From Lysobacterales bacterium (GTDB lineage: Bacteria; Pseudomonadota; Gammaproteobacteria; Xanthomonadales; Ahniellaceae), in contig JBGTIG010000166.1 in NCBI GenBank assembly GCA_041745755.1, positions 1 through 40,889 on the forward strand: DNA of 40,889 nucleotides, written 5' to 3'. Shown in pieces: positions 18,517 through 26,783 of the stretch; position 1 is the stretch's first letter, and the number at the start of each line of letters is the position of its first letter. A model generated the notes under the pieces. That model worked only from the letters and a program-made list of their open reading frames with translations. It did no database searches and was not told where the DNA came from. The position numbers were made by a program, and so were the translations under genes.

Positions 18517-19587
18517 ATGGGACCCATTCGAATCAAACCGGAAACGGCATTCGCCGAAGTGCAGACGATGGGCCGCAAGCTGGCGGCCAGCGCGCAGGTG
18601 CTGCGCGAGCTGGATGGCCGCAGCGTTCAATACGGCTGCACCCGGAAGGAAGAGGTCTTCCGTGTGGACAAGGTCGTGCTGTACCGGTTTCGGGGCACCA
18701 AGCCCCCGAGCGCCGAGGTGCCGATCGTCGTGACCTATGCGCTGGTGAACCGTCCGTACATGATCGACCTGCAGGAAGACCGCTCGATCGTGCGCAACCT
18801 GCTGGAGCAGGGCGAGGACGTATACCTGATCGATTGGGGCTATCCGGACGCCGCCGACCGCTTTCTCGCGATGGACGACTACATCAACCGTTACATGCGC
18901 CGTTGCATCGACGTGGTGCGCGCGAATCATGACCTGGAGGCGATCAACCTTCTCGGCATCTGCCAGGGCGGCGTGTTCTCGCTCTGTTTCGCGTCAATCT
19001 ATCCGGAGAAGGTGCAGAACCTGATCACCATGGTCACGCCGGTCGACTTCCACACGCCCGACAACATGCTGTCCAACTGGACGCAGGGCGTCGACGTGGA
19101 CCTCGCAGTCGATACGCTGGGAAACATTCCCGGCGACCTCATGAATTCCTCGTACCTCTCCCTCAAGCCCTTCCGTCTCAACCTGCAGAAGTACGTGGGG
19201 CTGCTCGACGTGCTCGACGATCCGGTCGAGGTCGAGAACTTCCTGCGCATGGAGAAATGGATCTTCGATTCCCCGGACCAGGCAGGCGAGACCTTTCGCC
19301 AGTTCAACAAGGAGTTCTACCAGGAGAACCGCATGATGCGTGGCGGCACCATGGTGGGTGACAAGCGTGTGGATCCGCGCAACGTCACCATGCCGGTGCT
19401 CAATATCTTCGCCGAGCAGGATCACCTGGTGCCGCCGAGCGCGTCGACCCCCATGCGTGGCATCGTCGGCACCGACGACTACTCCGAACTGGCGTTCAAG
19501 GGCGGGCACATCGGCCTGTACGTGTCGGGGCGCGCCCAACGCGAAGTTCCGGGCGCGATCCACGAGTGGCTGTCATCGCGCACCTGA
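18517..19587 (+). CDS. phaC: Class III poly(3-hydroxyalkanoate) synthase catalytic subunit PhaC
   Basis: 356 aa, the class III size. It has the lipase-box-like GICQGG with the catalytic Cys. Alpha/beta-hydrolase features are conserved (LVNRPYMIDL, YLIDWGYP, DHLVPP, GGHIG). Confidence 0.95.
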   Translation: MGPIRIKPETAFAEVQTMGRKLAASAQVLRELDGRSVQYGCTRKEEVFRVDKVVLYRFRGTKPPSAEVPIVVTYALVNRPYMIDLQEDRSIVRNLLEQGEDVYLIDWGYPDAADRFLAMDDYINRYMRRCIDVVRANHDLEAINLLGICQGGVFSLCFASIYPEKVQNLITMVTPVDFHTPDNMLSNWTQGVDVDLAVDTLGNIPGDLMNSSYLSLKPFRLNLQKYVGLLDVLDDPVEVENFLRMEKWIFDSPDQAGETFRQFNKEFYQENRMMRGGTMVGDKRVDPRNVTMPVLNIFAEQDHLVPPSASTPMRGIVGTDDYSELAFKGGHIGLYVSGRAQREVPGAIHEWLSSRT

Positions 19588-19600
19588 CCGGCGCGGGTCA

Positions 19601-20080
19601 GTGATCGAACGACGGGGAGGGCGCGCGTCACGCTGGATCGCGGTGCTGCTCGGCGTGATGTGGACCGCCCCGAACACCCTGCTCGGGATCGTCGTCGGTG
19701 CCGCGGGCATGATGGGTGGAGCGCGCGCCCGGCTGAGACCCGCAGACTGGATGCTCGTGTTCGAGGACTGGCCGTCGTCGTGGTCGCCGCGAAGCGGTGC
19801 GCTGACCCTGGGTAACGCGGTCCTGTCCACCGGCAGCAACCTCGACAGCGACTGCGCGCTGTATGCGCCGGTGGCCGGCTGCGACCCCGAAAGGGTCCCG
19901 CGATTTGTCGATCACGAGCGCGCACACGTCTTCCAGTACATGCTGCTGGGTCCGCTATTCCTGCCGGTGTATTTCGTCTGCGGCGGTATTTCCGCGCGCA
20001 ATCCGCTCGAACGGGCGGCTGATCGCTATGCGCTCACCGGCAAGGGCTGGTGGCCGTGGCGGCCGTCAGTCAGAAACTGA
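19601..20080 (+). CDS. Hypothetical small membrane protein with an HExxH motif
   Basis: About 159 aa from GTG 19601 (start uncertain). GC3 is high. There is an N-terminal TM helix (WIAVLLGVMWTAPNTLLGIVVGAAG), a HERAH motif, then a second hydrophobic helix (YMLLGPLFLPVYFVCGG). The 3' end overlaps convergent phaB by 11 nt. Confidence 0.5.
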   Translation: MIERRGGRASRWIAVLLGVMWTAPNTLLGIVVGAAGMMGGARARLRPADWMLVFEDWPSSWSPRSGALTLGNAVLSTGSNLDSDCALYAPVAGCDPERVPRFVDHERAHVFQYMLLGPLFLPVYFVCGGISARNPLERAADRYALTGKGWWPWRPSVRN

Positions 20081-20822
20081 TGAAGAGTCCGCCATTGACT
20101 GGAATGTTGGCGCCGGTGATGAAGCCGGCGTCGTCGTGGGTCAGGAACTCCACGGTGCGCGCAATCTCGCTCGGTCGGCCGAGTCGTCCGACCGGGACGT
20201 TCGACAGGATCTTTTCGCGCACGTCGGCAGGCACCTGCATCACCAGCGCGGTCTCGCAGTAGCCCGGACTCACGCTGTTGACGGTGACGCCCTTGCGCGC
20301 CACTTCGCGGGCCAGCGCCATGGTGAATCCGTGCATGCCGGCCTTGGCGGCCGAGTAATTGGTCTGGCCGAACTGCCCAGTCTGGCCGTTCACCGACGAT
20401 ATGTTGACGATTCGGCCGAAACCGCGATCGGTCATGCCGTCGATCACCAGTTTCGACAAAGTGAAAATGGAGTCGAGGTTGACGCGGAGGACGTCGGTCC
20501 ACTGGGACGCCGTCATCTTTCGGAGGGTCGCGTCGCGGGTGATCCCGGCGGCGTTCACCAGGATGTCGACCGGGCCGTGCTTTTCCGTGACGCGCTGCAC
20601 CAGCGCAGCGCACGAATCGGCGTCGGTCACGTCCACGGGTTCGAACGTAATGGAGTCGCCGAACTCCGCGATCTCTTCCTGGAATTCGGCGATGCGATTC
20701 GAACGGGTGCCGAGATCGGCTGCGACCACGCGGCGTCCGGCCTGCGCAAGATGCCTGCACATGGTGGAGCCGAGTCCGCCGATTCCACCCGTCACAATCG
20801 CGACGCGTGCCTGTTGAGTCAT
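20070..20822 (-). CDS. phaB: Acetoacetyl-CoA reductase (SDR), paralogue 1
   Basis: 250 aa from an internal ATG (cat at 20820-20822). TGGIGGLG Rossmann motif, NAAGITRD, and [26 protein letters not shown] with the catalytic Y-x3-K are typical of PhaB. It is adjacent to phaR. Confidence 0.88.
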   Translation of the reverse strand: MTQQARVAIVTGGIGGLGSTMCRHLAQAGRRVVAADLGTRSNRIAEFQEEIAEFGDSITFEPVDVTDADSCAALVQRVTEKHGPVDILVNAAGITRDATLRKMTASQWTDVLRVNLDSIFTLSKLVIDGMTDRGFGRIVNISSVNGQTGQFGQTNYSAAKAGMHGFTMALAREVARKGVTVNSVSPGYCETALVMQVPADVREKILSNVPVGRLGRPSEIARTVEFLTHDDAGFITGANIPVNGGLFISF

Positions 20823-20924
20823 TCGTACCGCCCGCCGGAAGGATGCTGCGTCGCAGCAAACAGCGAATGGTAGGTGTCCTGCGGTGAGGGTGTCAAACGC
20901 GCAGGCCAAAAGGCCCGCGGGGAG

Positions 20925-21398
20925 CTACTTGGGGGCGGAGCTGTCGTCCCCTGGAGGCACGGCGGTCGACAGGAACTGATCCTGCATGGTCTTCCACATC
21001 TTCAGGTTGCGATCCGTCAGTTCGTTGAACATCGTCCACGGCGTCTTGCCCAGCATGTCGTTCAACTGGCTGCGGAACTGCTGCTGCTGGGACAGGAACG
21101 TGTCCATCGATCGCTCGAGGTACGTTCCCATGAGGCCCTGCAGCGAGTCGCCGTAGAAACGGATGATCTGCGACAGCAGGGTCGTCGAAAACATCGGCGT
21201 GCCGCGCTCTTCGTGCTCGGAGATGATCTGCAGCAACACGCTGCGTGTAAGGTCCTCGCCGGTCTTGGCGTCCTTGACGACGAAGGGCTCGTTGTCGACC
21301 ACGAGCTGCCGAACGTCCTCGAGCGTGATGTAACTCGATATTTCGGCGTCGTAGAGGCGCCGGTTCGGATACTTCTTGATGGTACGCGGTGCGGTCAT
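20925..21398 (-). CDS. phaR: PHA synthesis repressor PhaR
   Basis: 157 aa. The N-terminus IKKYPNRRLYDAEISSYITLEDVRQLV is the hallmark PhaR DNA-binding region. Confidence 0.92.
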   Translation of the reverse strand: MTAPRTIKKYPNRRLYDAEISSYITLEDVRQLVVDNEPFVVKDAKTGEDLTRSVLLQIISEHEERGTPMFSTTLLSQIIRFYGDSLQGLMGTYLERSMDTFLSQQQQFRSQLNDMLGKTPWTMFNELTDRNLKMWKTMQDQFLSTAVPPGDDSSAPK

Positions 21399-21429
21399 TC
21401 GTGCACGCTAACAGAAGACCTTTCTCCGC

Positions 21430-21963
21430 GGAAACTGCCTCGGGAGTTACCGGTCCGCACTTCCGTGCGCGGGCGTTAGGCGGCGCGCGGCAGTGGCGCG
21501 CGAAAGCCCCGCCTCACGCTGCTTTAGTCGTTCGGCGACGCGCGCGATCTTCGCTGCGCTCGATCGCGGGGTGACCTTGCCGAGGCGACTAGGCTCTGCG
21601 CTTTTCGATTCCGCGTCCCGCTCCATGGAAGAGTCCGGCCCACACCTCCCTGCGCGGGCGTTCGGCGGGTCGCGCCCTCGCAGCGCTGGATCGCGGAGGG
21701 ACCTTGCCGAGGCGACTAGGCTCTGCGCATCCTGCGCTCGCCAAGTCGCATCCGGCCCAAGACTTCCTGTCTTGGGCGTTCGGCGGACCGCGCCCGTGGC
21801 GCGACGCTTTCCGCCTCACCCAGCAGATGCCTTTGGGCATCTTCCACGCACTGAGGGGTGTTGAGGCGAGCAACCGTCCTTGGTGGGTAGTCCCGTTCGC
21901 CATCCATGGCTCACCTGGTAAAGCAGCCAGCAGATGCCTTTGGGCATCTGCTTGGCGGCTGCT
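21430..21963. repeat. Mosaic repeat-rich non-coding tract between phaR and the second phaB
   Basis: A 49-nt unit is repeated at 21553-21601 and 21680-21728 (127-nt period, perfect 29-nt core gaccttgccgaggcgactaggctctgcgc). There are three copies of ccggYcc...ggcgttMggcgg (21450, 21635, 21752). Related segments end in ccgcctcac at 21484-21517 and 21787-21819. The 22-nt cagcagatgcctttgggcatct is duplicated at 21821-21842 and 21928-21949. No frame is protein-like. Confidence 0.75.
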
Positions 21964-21968
21964 TTACC
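21917..21968 (-). terminator. Long stem-loop (12 + 10 bp) at the 3' end of phaB paralogue 2, without a U tract
   Basis: ggtaaagcagcc/ggctgctttacc pairs perfectly (12 bp) and agcagatgcc/ggcatctgct pairs perfectly (10 bp). There is a tttg loop and a 4-nt bulge. The phaB TAA stop (21964-21966) lies inside the stem. Confidence 0.45.
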
Positions 21969-22704
21969 AACCCATGTAGTGGCCGCCGTTGGCGGACAGG
22001 TTGGCGCCGGTGATCCACGCCGCGCGCTCATCGACAAAGAAGCCCACGGCGTAGGCGATCTCGGCAGGTTCACCCAGCCGGCCAGTCGGAATCTGCGCCA
22101 CGATCTTGGCGCGTACGTCTTCGGGTACCGCCATCACCATGTCGGTGCCGATGTATCCGGGCGAAACCGTATTGACGGTCACGCCGAATCTCGCATTCTC
22201 CTGTGCCAGCGAAATGGTGAATCCATGCATGCCGGCCTTCGCGGCGGCATAGTTCGCCTGGCCGTACTGGCCCTTCTGGCCGTTGATCGAACTGATCTGG
22301 ATCACCCGCCCCCATTTGCGCTCGCGCATGCCCTCGATCACGGGCCGGGTGACGTTGAAGCAGGAATTGAGGTTGGTATTGATGACCTCCTGCCACTGGT
22401 GCGGGGACATGCGATGAAACGTCGTGTCGCGCGTGATGCCTGCGTTGTTGACCAGGATGTCCACGGGCCCGACCGCATCGACCACACCCGCGATCATGGT
22501 TTCGGCAAGTCCAGGGTCGCCGACGTCGCCCTTGACCAGGGCCACATCGACGCCTTCCCGCTTGAGCTTCGCCTGCCACGCGCGCGCCTTGTCCTCGTCG
22601 CGATAGTTGGTGGCGACGCGGTGACCCGCCTGCGCAAGGAATATGCAGATGGCGGTGCCAATGCCACCGGTGCCACCGGTGACCAGCGCGACTCGTGATT
22701 GCAT
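21964..22704 (-). CDS. phaB: Acetoacetyl-CoA reductase (SDR), paralogue 2
   Basis: 246 aa from an internal ATG (cat at 22702-22704) preceded by AAGGAG. Motifs [16 protein letters not shown] and [26 protein letters not shown] are present, and the C-terminus ends GGHYMGW. Confidence 0.9.
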   Translation of the reverse strand: MQSRVALVTGGTGGIGTAICIFLAQAGHRVATNYRDEDKARAWQAKLKREGVDVALVKGDVGDPGLAETMIAGVVDAVGPVDILVNNAGITRDTTFHRMSPHQWQEVINTNLNSCFNVTRPVIEGMRERKWGRVIQISSINGQKGQYGQANYAAAKAGMHGFTISLAQENARFGVTVNTVSPGYIGTDMVMAVPEDVRAKIVAQIPTGRLGEPAEIAYAVGFFVDERAAWITGANLSANGGHYMGW

Positions 22705-22914
22705 GGAGTTCTCCTTCGATCGGGCGCAGCGCGCATTGGGGGTTTGCCGGGCGGGCCAGTATCGCGGCCCGGACAGGGTTTGCGCACGCGGCAGCGCAGC
22801 GGAGTTCCGGCACGGGTGCTGGCCGTCAGCGGCAATGGGGAGGGCGAACCCGCCCATGGTATTCGGTGTCCCATGCGGAGAGGGGACGCCACCGCGTCAT
22901 CGGGGGCGGGTAGA

Positions 22915-22943
22915 CTTGAGAAATGGTCAGGCGGACCCGATTC
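22915..22943 (+). promoter_or_regulatory. Putative sigma32 (heat-shock) promoter of htpX
   Basis: CTTGAGA (22915-22921), a 14-nt spacer, then CCCGATTC (22936-22943), against the consensus CTTGAAA-N13-15-CCCCATNT. It lies 53 nt upstream of the htpX ATG. htpX is sigma32-dependent in E. coli. Confidence 0.35.
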
Positions 22944-22995
22944 AGGGCAGTCAGGCGCCCTTTTGTGCCGCGTTCAATTCCAGGAGTATCGATCG

Positions 22996-23868
22996 ATGCG
23001 CGTTCTGTTGCTGGTGGGAACCAACCTTGCGGTACTGCTGCTGCTCGGGCTGGTGCTGCAGGTCGCCCAGGCCTACTTCGGATTCAATCTCGGCAGCACC
23101 TGGGGGCTGCTGCTCATGGCCGGGGTGTTTGGCATGGGCGGTTCGTTCATATCGCTCGCGCTGTCGAAGTGGATGGCCAAGCGCTCGACGGGCGCTCAAG
23201 TGATCACGGATCCGCGCAACGAGACAGAGCGCTGGCTCCTCGACACGGTGCGCCGCCAGGCGGAAGCCGCCGGTATCGGCATGCCCGAAGTCGCGATCTA
23301 CGACGCGCCCGACGTGAATGCGTTCGCGACCGGCATGAATCGCAACAATGCGCTGGTCGCCGTCAGCAGCGGACTGATCGCGAACATGAGCCGCGACGAG
23401 GCGGAGGCGGTGCTCGGACACGAGATCAGCCACGTGGCGAACGGCGACATGATTACGCTCACGCTCATCCAGGGCGTGCTCAACACGTTCGTGATCTTCC
23501 TGGCGCGCATCATCGGCGGCGTCGTCGACAGCGCGTTGCGCGGTGGTCGCGAGGGCGGTGGCGGCTTCGCTTATTTCATCGTGGTCATGGTGTTGCAGGT
23601 CATCTTCGGAATCTTCGCGTCCATGATCGTCATGTGGTTCTCGCGTCGGCGCGAGTTCCGCGCCGACGCGGGCGGGGCCACGCTGGCAGGGCGAGAGAAG
23701 ATGATCGCGGCGCTCGAGCGCCTGTCCGTGAATCACAATCAGACGGCGTTGCCGAAGGAGGTCGCGGCGTTCGGCATCTCGGGCCATGTTGCGGGCGGCT
23801 TCAAGCGTCTGTTCATGACGCATCCTCCGCTCACCGAGCGCATCGCGGCATTGCGCAACACGGTGTGA
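22996..23868 (+). CDS. htpX: Membrane zinc metalloprotease HtpX
   Basis: 290 aa from an internal ATG of ORF 22699..23868. The HEISH (HExxH) motif sits in the context [16 protein letters not shown]. It has four TM segments and a C-terminal THPPLTERI. Confidence 0.95.
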   Translation: MRVLLLVGTNLAVLLLLGLVLQVAQAYFGFNLGSTWGLLLMAGVFGMGGSFISLALSKWMAKRSTGAQVITDPRNETERWLLDTVRRQAEAAGIGMPEVAIYDAPDVNAFATGMNRNNALVAVSSGLIANMSRDEAEAVLGHEISHVANGDMITLTLIQGVLNTFVIFLARIIGGVVDSALRGGREGGGGFAYFIVVMVLQVIFGIFASMIVMWFSRRREFRADAGGATLAGREKMIAALERLSVNHNQTALPKEVAAFGISGHVAGGFKRLFMTHPPLTERIAALRNTV

Positions 23869-23877
23869 TTCGCGAAT

Positions 23878-23904
23878 GCCTTCCCTCCTTCGCGGAGGGA
23901 AGGC
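23878..23904 (+). terminator. GC hairpin after htpX (no U tract)
   Basis: gccttccctcc-ttcgc-ggagggaaggc is a perfect 11-bp stem starting 10 nt after the htpX stop. Confidence 0.4.
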
Positions 23905-23967
23905 CAGCCGCAAGGCGCGAACGCGTCGTCGATGCAGCGGCGGCGGTGACGGACTGCAGCGACTGCA

Positions 23968-23997
23968 TTGACCCGGCGGGACGCGGCGCCGTACCAT
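23968..23997 (+). promoter_or_regulatory. Putative sigma70 promoter of the tRNA operon
   Basis: TTGACC (23968-23973), an 18-nt spacer, then TACCAT (23992-23997), about 40 nt upstream of tRNA-Pro. This is a sequence match only. Confidence 0.3.
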
Positions 23998-24039
23998 GCC
24001 GCCCCTTCGACGCGCGGCACGGCGCGCTGCCGGGATCGT

Positions 24040-24116
<77 letters not shown>

Positions 24117-24235
24117 TGAGATCACCTGTGCAGGCGTCGATCGGAAAAGTCGTTCGAGTCCGGAAAACCCGACATCGGCCTCCTGCCCGGCCCATGCACG
24201 CCGCAAGGCGATCGGTGCGAGAATCCCGGTCCTCG

Positions 24236-24312
24236 CGCCTGTAGCTCAACCGGATAGAGCATCGGCCTTCTAAGCCGACGGTTGCAGGTTCGATTCCTGT
24301 CGGGCGCGCCAC
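24236..24312 (+). tRNA. tRNA-Arg (anticodon TCT)
   Basis: A 77-nt cloverleaf with acceptor gcgcctg/cgggcgc, anticodon arm tcggc-ctTCTaa-gccga and an encoded CCA. Confidence 0.9.
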
Positions 24313-24422
24313 CTCAGTCGGGTCTGATCCGGTGCGATCTGCACCCGCCGCCCGGATGCGGACGGGGCAGGCGGACCGCGCGGACTCCGACTTCAATTAC
24401 AATTTCGGGTTCAGGCGGTATT

Positions 24423-24500
24423 GGTGGGTGTAGCTCAGCTGGTTAGAGTCCCGGATTGTGATTCCGGTTGTCGTGGGTTCGAGTCCCATCATCCACCCCA
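24423..24500 (+). tRNA. tRNA-His (anticodon GTG)
   Basis: 78 nt including the His-specific extra G-1 opposite C73. The anticodon arm is ccgga-ttGTGat-tccgg. It is close to E. coli hisR. Confidence 0.92.
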
Positions 24501-24515
24501 ATCCAGCGTCACCTG

Positions 24516-24850
24516 CGCACCGGATGTGCGAGGGAAATGTCGCGCGTCGTCAACTTCGCACAGGATGTGCGATGGTTGACCTTGTGACGTGCGATGGTTG
24601 CGGTGAATGCGACCCATGGATGGGTCGCACGCGAAGCGGCGCTGAAGGCGCTGCGGAGGCGCAAGGCGTTCGCGGGCGTGCACCGCGAACGCCGTCGTCG
24701 AACTCGCACAGGATGTGCGGGAAAAATGTCGCAGGAGGCGACCCATGGATGGGTCGCACGCGGAGCAGCGCCGAAGGCGCTGCGCAGGCGCAAGGCGTTC
24801 GCGGGCGTGCACCGCGAACGCCGTCGTCGAACTCGCACAGGATGTGCGAT
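24516..24850. repeat. Structured tandem repeat (129-bp period, about 2.6 units) in the tRNA-His/tRNA-Lys spacer
   Basis: Units start at 24609 and 24738 and differ at only 4 of their first 111 nt. A degenerate partial unit occupies 24516-24608. Each unit carries four GC hairpins: gcgaccca-tgga-tgggtcgc; gcRgcgc-loop-gcgctgc; gcgttcgcgg-gcgtgca-ccgcgaacgc; cgcaca-gga-tgtgcg. The last hairpin recurs at 24516, 24557, 24705 and 24834. Confidence 0.85.
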
Positions 24851-24865
24851 GTTCGACACAAACAC

Positions 24866-24941
24866 GGGCCGTTAGCTCAGTTGGTAGAGCAGTTGACTCT
24901 TAATCAATAGGTCGTAGGTTCGAATCCTACACGGCCCACCA
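24866..24941 (+). tRNA. tRNA-Lys (anticodon CTT)
   Basis: 76 nt. It is near-identical to the E. coli tRNA-Lys backbone but has a ctCTTaa anticodon loop. CCA is encoded. Confidence 0.92.
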
Positions 24942-24988
24942 ATTCGTCAAGCGCCAGGTTCTCGCACGGCGCAGTATCATCGCAATGT

Positions 24989-25073
24989 GCGAAAGTGGCG
25001 GAACTGGTAGACGCACTGGATTTAGGTTCCAGCGGGTAACCCCGTGCGGGTTCGAGTCCCGCCTTTCGCACCA
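24989..25073 (+). tRNA. tRNA-Leu (anticodon TAG)
   Basis: An 85-nt class II tRNA with a long variable arm (cgggtaaccccgtg). The anticodon arm is ctgga-ttTAGgt-tccag. CCA is encoded. Confidence 0.92.
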
Positions 25074-25089
25074 TGTAATCTCCTGAACG

Positions 25090-25262
25090 CCAGCGCGCCC
25101 ACCGCCCGGCAAGTAGCCCATTCCCGTCTGCGCGCTCCGATCGCTTGCCCTCTGGGGCCAGCGCGCCCACCGCCCGGCAAGTAGCCCATTCCCGCCTGCG
25201 CGCTCCGATCGCTTGCCGTCTGCGGCCAGCGCGCCCACTACCGGGCAATCTGCCAAATTCGC
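25090..25262. repeat. 68-bp tandem repeat (2 full units plus 1 degenerate partial) between tRNA-Leu and tig
   Basis: Units at 25090-25157 and 25158-25225 are 65/68 identical. A third, diverged partial unit starts at 25226. Each unit contains the interleaved complementary pairs agcgcgc/gcgcgct and cggcaag/cttgccS. Confidence 0.85.
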
Positions 25263-25408
25263 GACTCGCATCCGAACCCGCGCTTCCACAAAGCACCCCG
25301 CAGGCGGGCGCGCCCCGACGACATTCGCGCGCCGGTCGAGTCTGCGCAACAATACCGGGCTAACCATCCAGCCGCGGGCGCGGGCCCCGTTTTTCCAGAG
25401 GATCAGCA

Positions 25409-26716
25409 ATGCAGGTTTCTGTCGAAAACACCAGCAACCTCGAACGCAAGCTCACCGTGCGACTGCCGGCCGAGCGCGTCGAATCGCGCATCAAGGAACG
25501 CATGCGCGACATGAGCCGCACCGTTCGCATGAAGGGTTTCCGTCCCGGCAAGATCCCCCCCAGGATCATCGAGCAGCGCTTCGGGGCGCAGGTGCGGAAC
25601 GAAGTCATGGGCGATGTGATCGGTTCGACCTTCCAGCAAGCGGTTGCCGAGCAGAAGCTCAGGCCAGCGATGCCGCCGCGAATCGCCACCAGCAAGGGCG
25701 CGGACGGGGAAATCGAGTACACCGCGACGTTCGATGTAATGCCCGAGCTCGACCCCATCGACGTGGGTTTGCTGCAGATCGTGCGGCCCGTGGCGGAGGT
25801 GGGCGAAGCCGACGTCGACAACATGATCGAAACGCTGCGCCTGCAGCGCCGTGAATGGCGGACGGCGGATCGTGCGGCGCAGCCCGGCGACCTTGCGATG
25901 TTCGAGTATCACGTCGAGCAGACGAACGCCAGATTCCCCGCCCAGGAAGAGGAGCGCGCAGGCACGGTGGTCGGATCGAATGCGATGTTTCCGGAAGTCG
26001 AGTCGAAGCTCATCGGAATGAGGGGCGGGGAGGAGGCCCGTGTCGATGTCGTGCTTCCCGAAAGCTTCCGGGAAACCGCGATGGCGGGCAAGCCCGCGGT
26101 CATCGTGTTTCGCGTCGTGCGCGTGCAGGAACCGCTGTTGCCCGCGGTCGACGAGAGTTTCGCGGCGGGTTTTGGCGTGACATCCGGTGGCCTTGCGCAG
26201 TTTCGCCGGGATGTCCGTGCCAATCTCGAGCGCGAACTCGGCAACGCGCTGCGCGCGAGATTGAAGGGCCGGACGATCGAAAAGCTCCTTGCGGCGCACG
26301 CCGATCTCGAGGTACCCGAGTCCATGGTCGCCGCAGAGGCCCGGGCAATCCACCAGTCCCAACGGCAGCAGGCCAGCCAGAATCAGGTTTCGGAGGATTC
26401 GCTGCCCACGGTCGAGCAACTGGGGCCGATGGCAAGGCAGCGGGTGCAGGCTTTCGTGCTGCTGAGCGAGCTTGCCCGGCAGAACAACGTGCAGCTCGAC
26501 ACGCAGCGGGTGCAGGAGATGCTGATGTCGATCGCCTCGACCTATGAGGATCCGCAGGAAGTCATCGAACTGTACGCCCGTGACCAGGAAATGCTTGGCG
26601 GGCTTCGCAACCGGGTGCTGGAGGACCAGGTAATCGACTGGATCGCCGATCACGCGAGCACCACCGAGGAAGCGCTGACATTCGATGAGTTGATGCGCCC
26701 GCAGGCGCCTGCCTGA
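25409..26716 (+). CDS. tig: Trigger factor
   Basis: 435 aa. The N-terminal [24 protein letters not shown] and the GFRPGKIP ribosome-binding motif are present. It sits upstream of clpP-clpX-lon as in E. coli. Confidence 0.97.
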   Translation: MQVSVENTSNLERKLTVRLPAERVESRIKERMRDMSRTVRMKGFRPGKIPPRIIEQRFGAQVRNEVMGDVIGSTFQQAVAEQKLRPAMPPRIATSKGADGEIEYTATFDVMPELDPIDVGLLQIVRPVAEVGEADVDNMIETLRLQRREWRTADRAAQPGDLAMFEYHVEQTNARFPAQEEERAGTVVGSNAMFPEVESKLIGMRGGEEARVDVVLPESFRETAMAGKPAVIVFRVVRVQEPLLPAVDESFAAGFGVTSGGLAQFRRDVRANLERELGNALRARLKGRTIEKLLAAHADLEVPESMVAAEARAIHQSQRQQASQNQVSEDSLPTVEQLGPMARQRVQAFVLLSELARQNNVQLDTQRVQEMLMSIASTYEDPQEVIELYARDQEMLGGLRNRVLEDQVIDWIADHASTTEEALTFDELMRPQAPA

Positions 26717-26783
26717 TCCCGCTTGCTTGATCCGCACCAGTTCGCCCGCACTGCATGAAGCTCACGCCACCGGAGTCCGCCCC

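Noticed and set aside
21493-21864. 123-aa ORF, with overlapping ORFs at 21389..21574, 21589..21903 and 21704..21979, in the phaR-phaB2 spacer as a candidate missing phasin gene.
   Set aside because: The translations are Arg/Pro/Ala/Gly-rich and repeat because the DNA repeats. None has the amphipathic Ala/Lys/Glu-rich helical character of phasins. Open frames occur on both strands.
24458-24910. 150-aa plus-strand ORF, with mirror minus-strand ORFs (24489..24812, 24509..24865, 24550..24861), showing a perfectly repeated 43-residue peptide.
   Set aside because: The ORF starts inside tRNA-His and ends inside tRNA-Lys. Open frames exist on both strands simply because the 129-bp repeat is GC-rich and palindromic. 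The peptides are Arg/Gly/Ala-rich and there is no Shine-Dalgarno or start context. I treat it as a structured DNA/RNA repeat.
24516-25262. Possibility that the tandem repeats are a CRISPR array, integron attC sites, or the att scar of a tRNA-targeted genomic island.
   Set aside because: The units abut directly with no unique spacers or cassettes. No cas, integrase, recombinase or other foreign-looking genes lie nearby. The flanking genes (htpX, tig-clpPX-lon) are core and syntenic. No duplicated tRNA 3'-end segment is visible.
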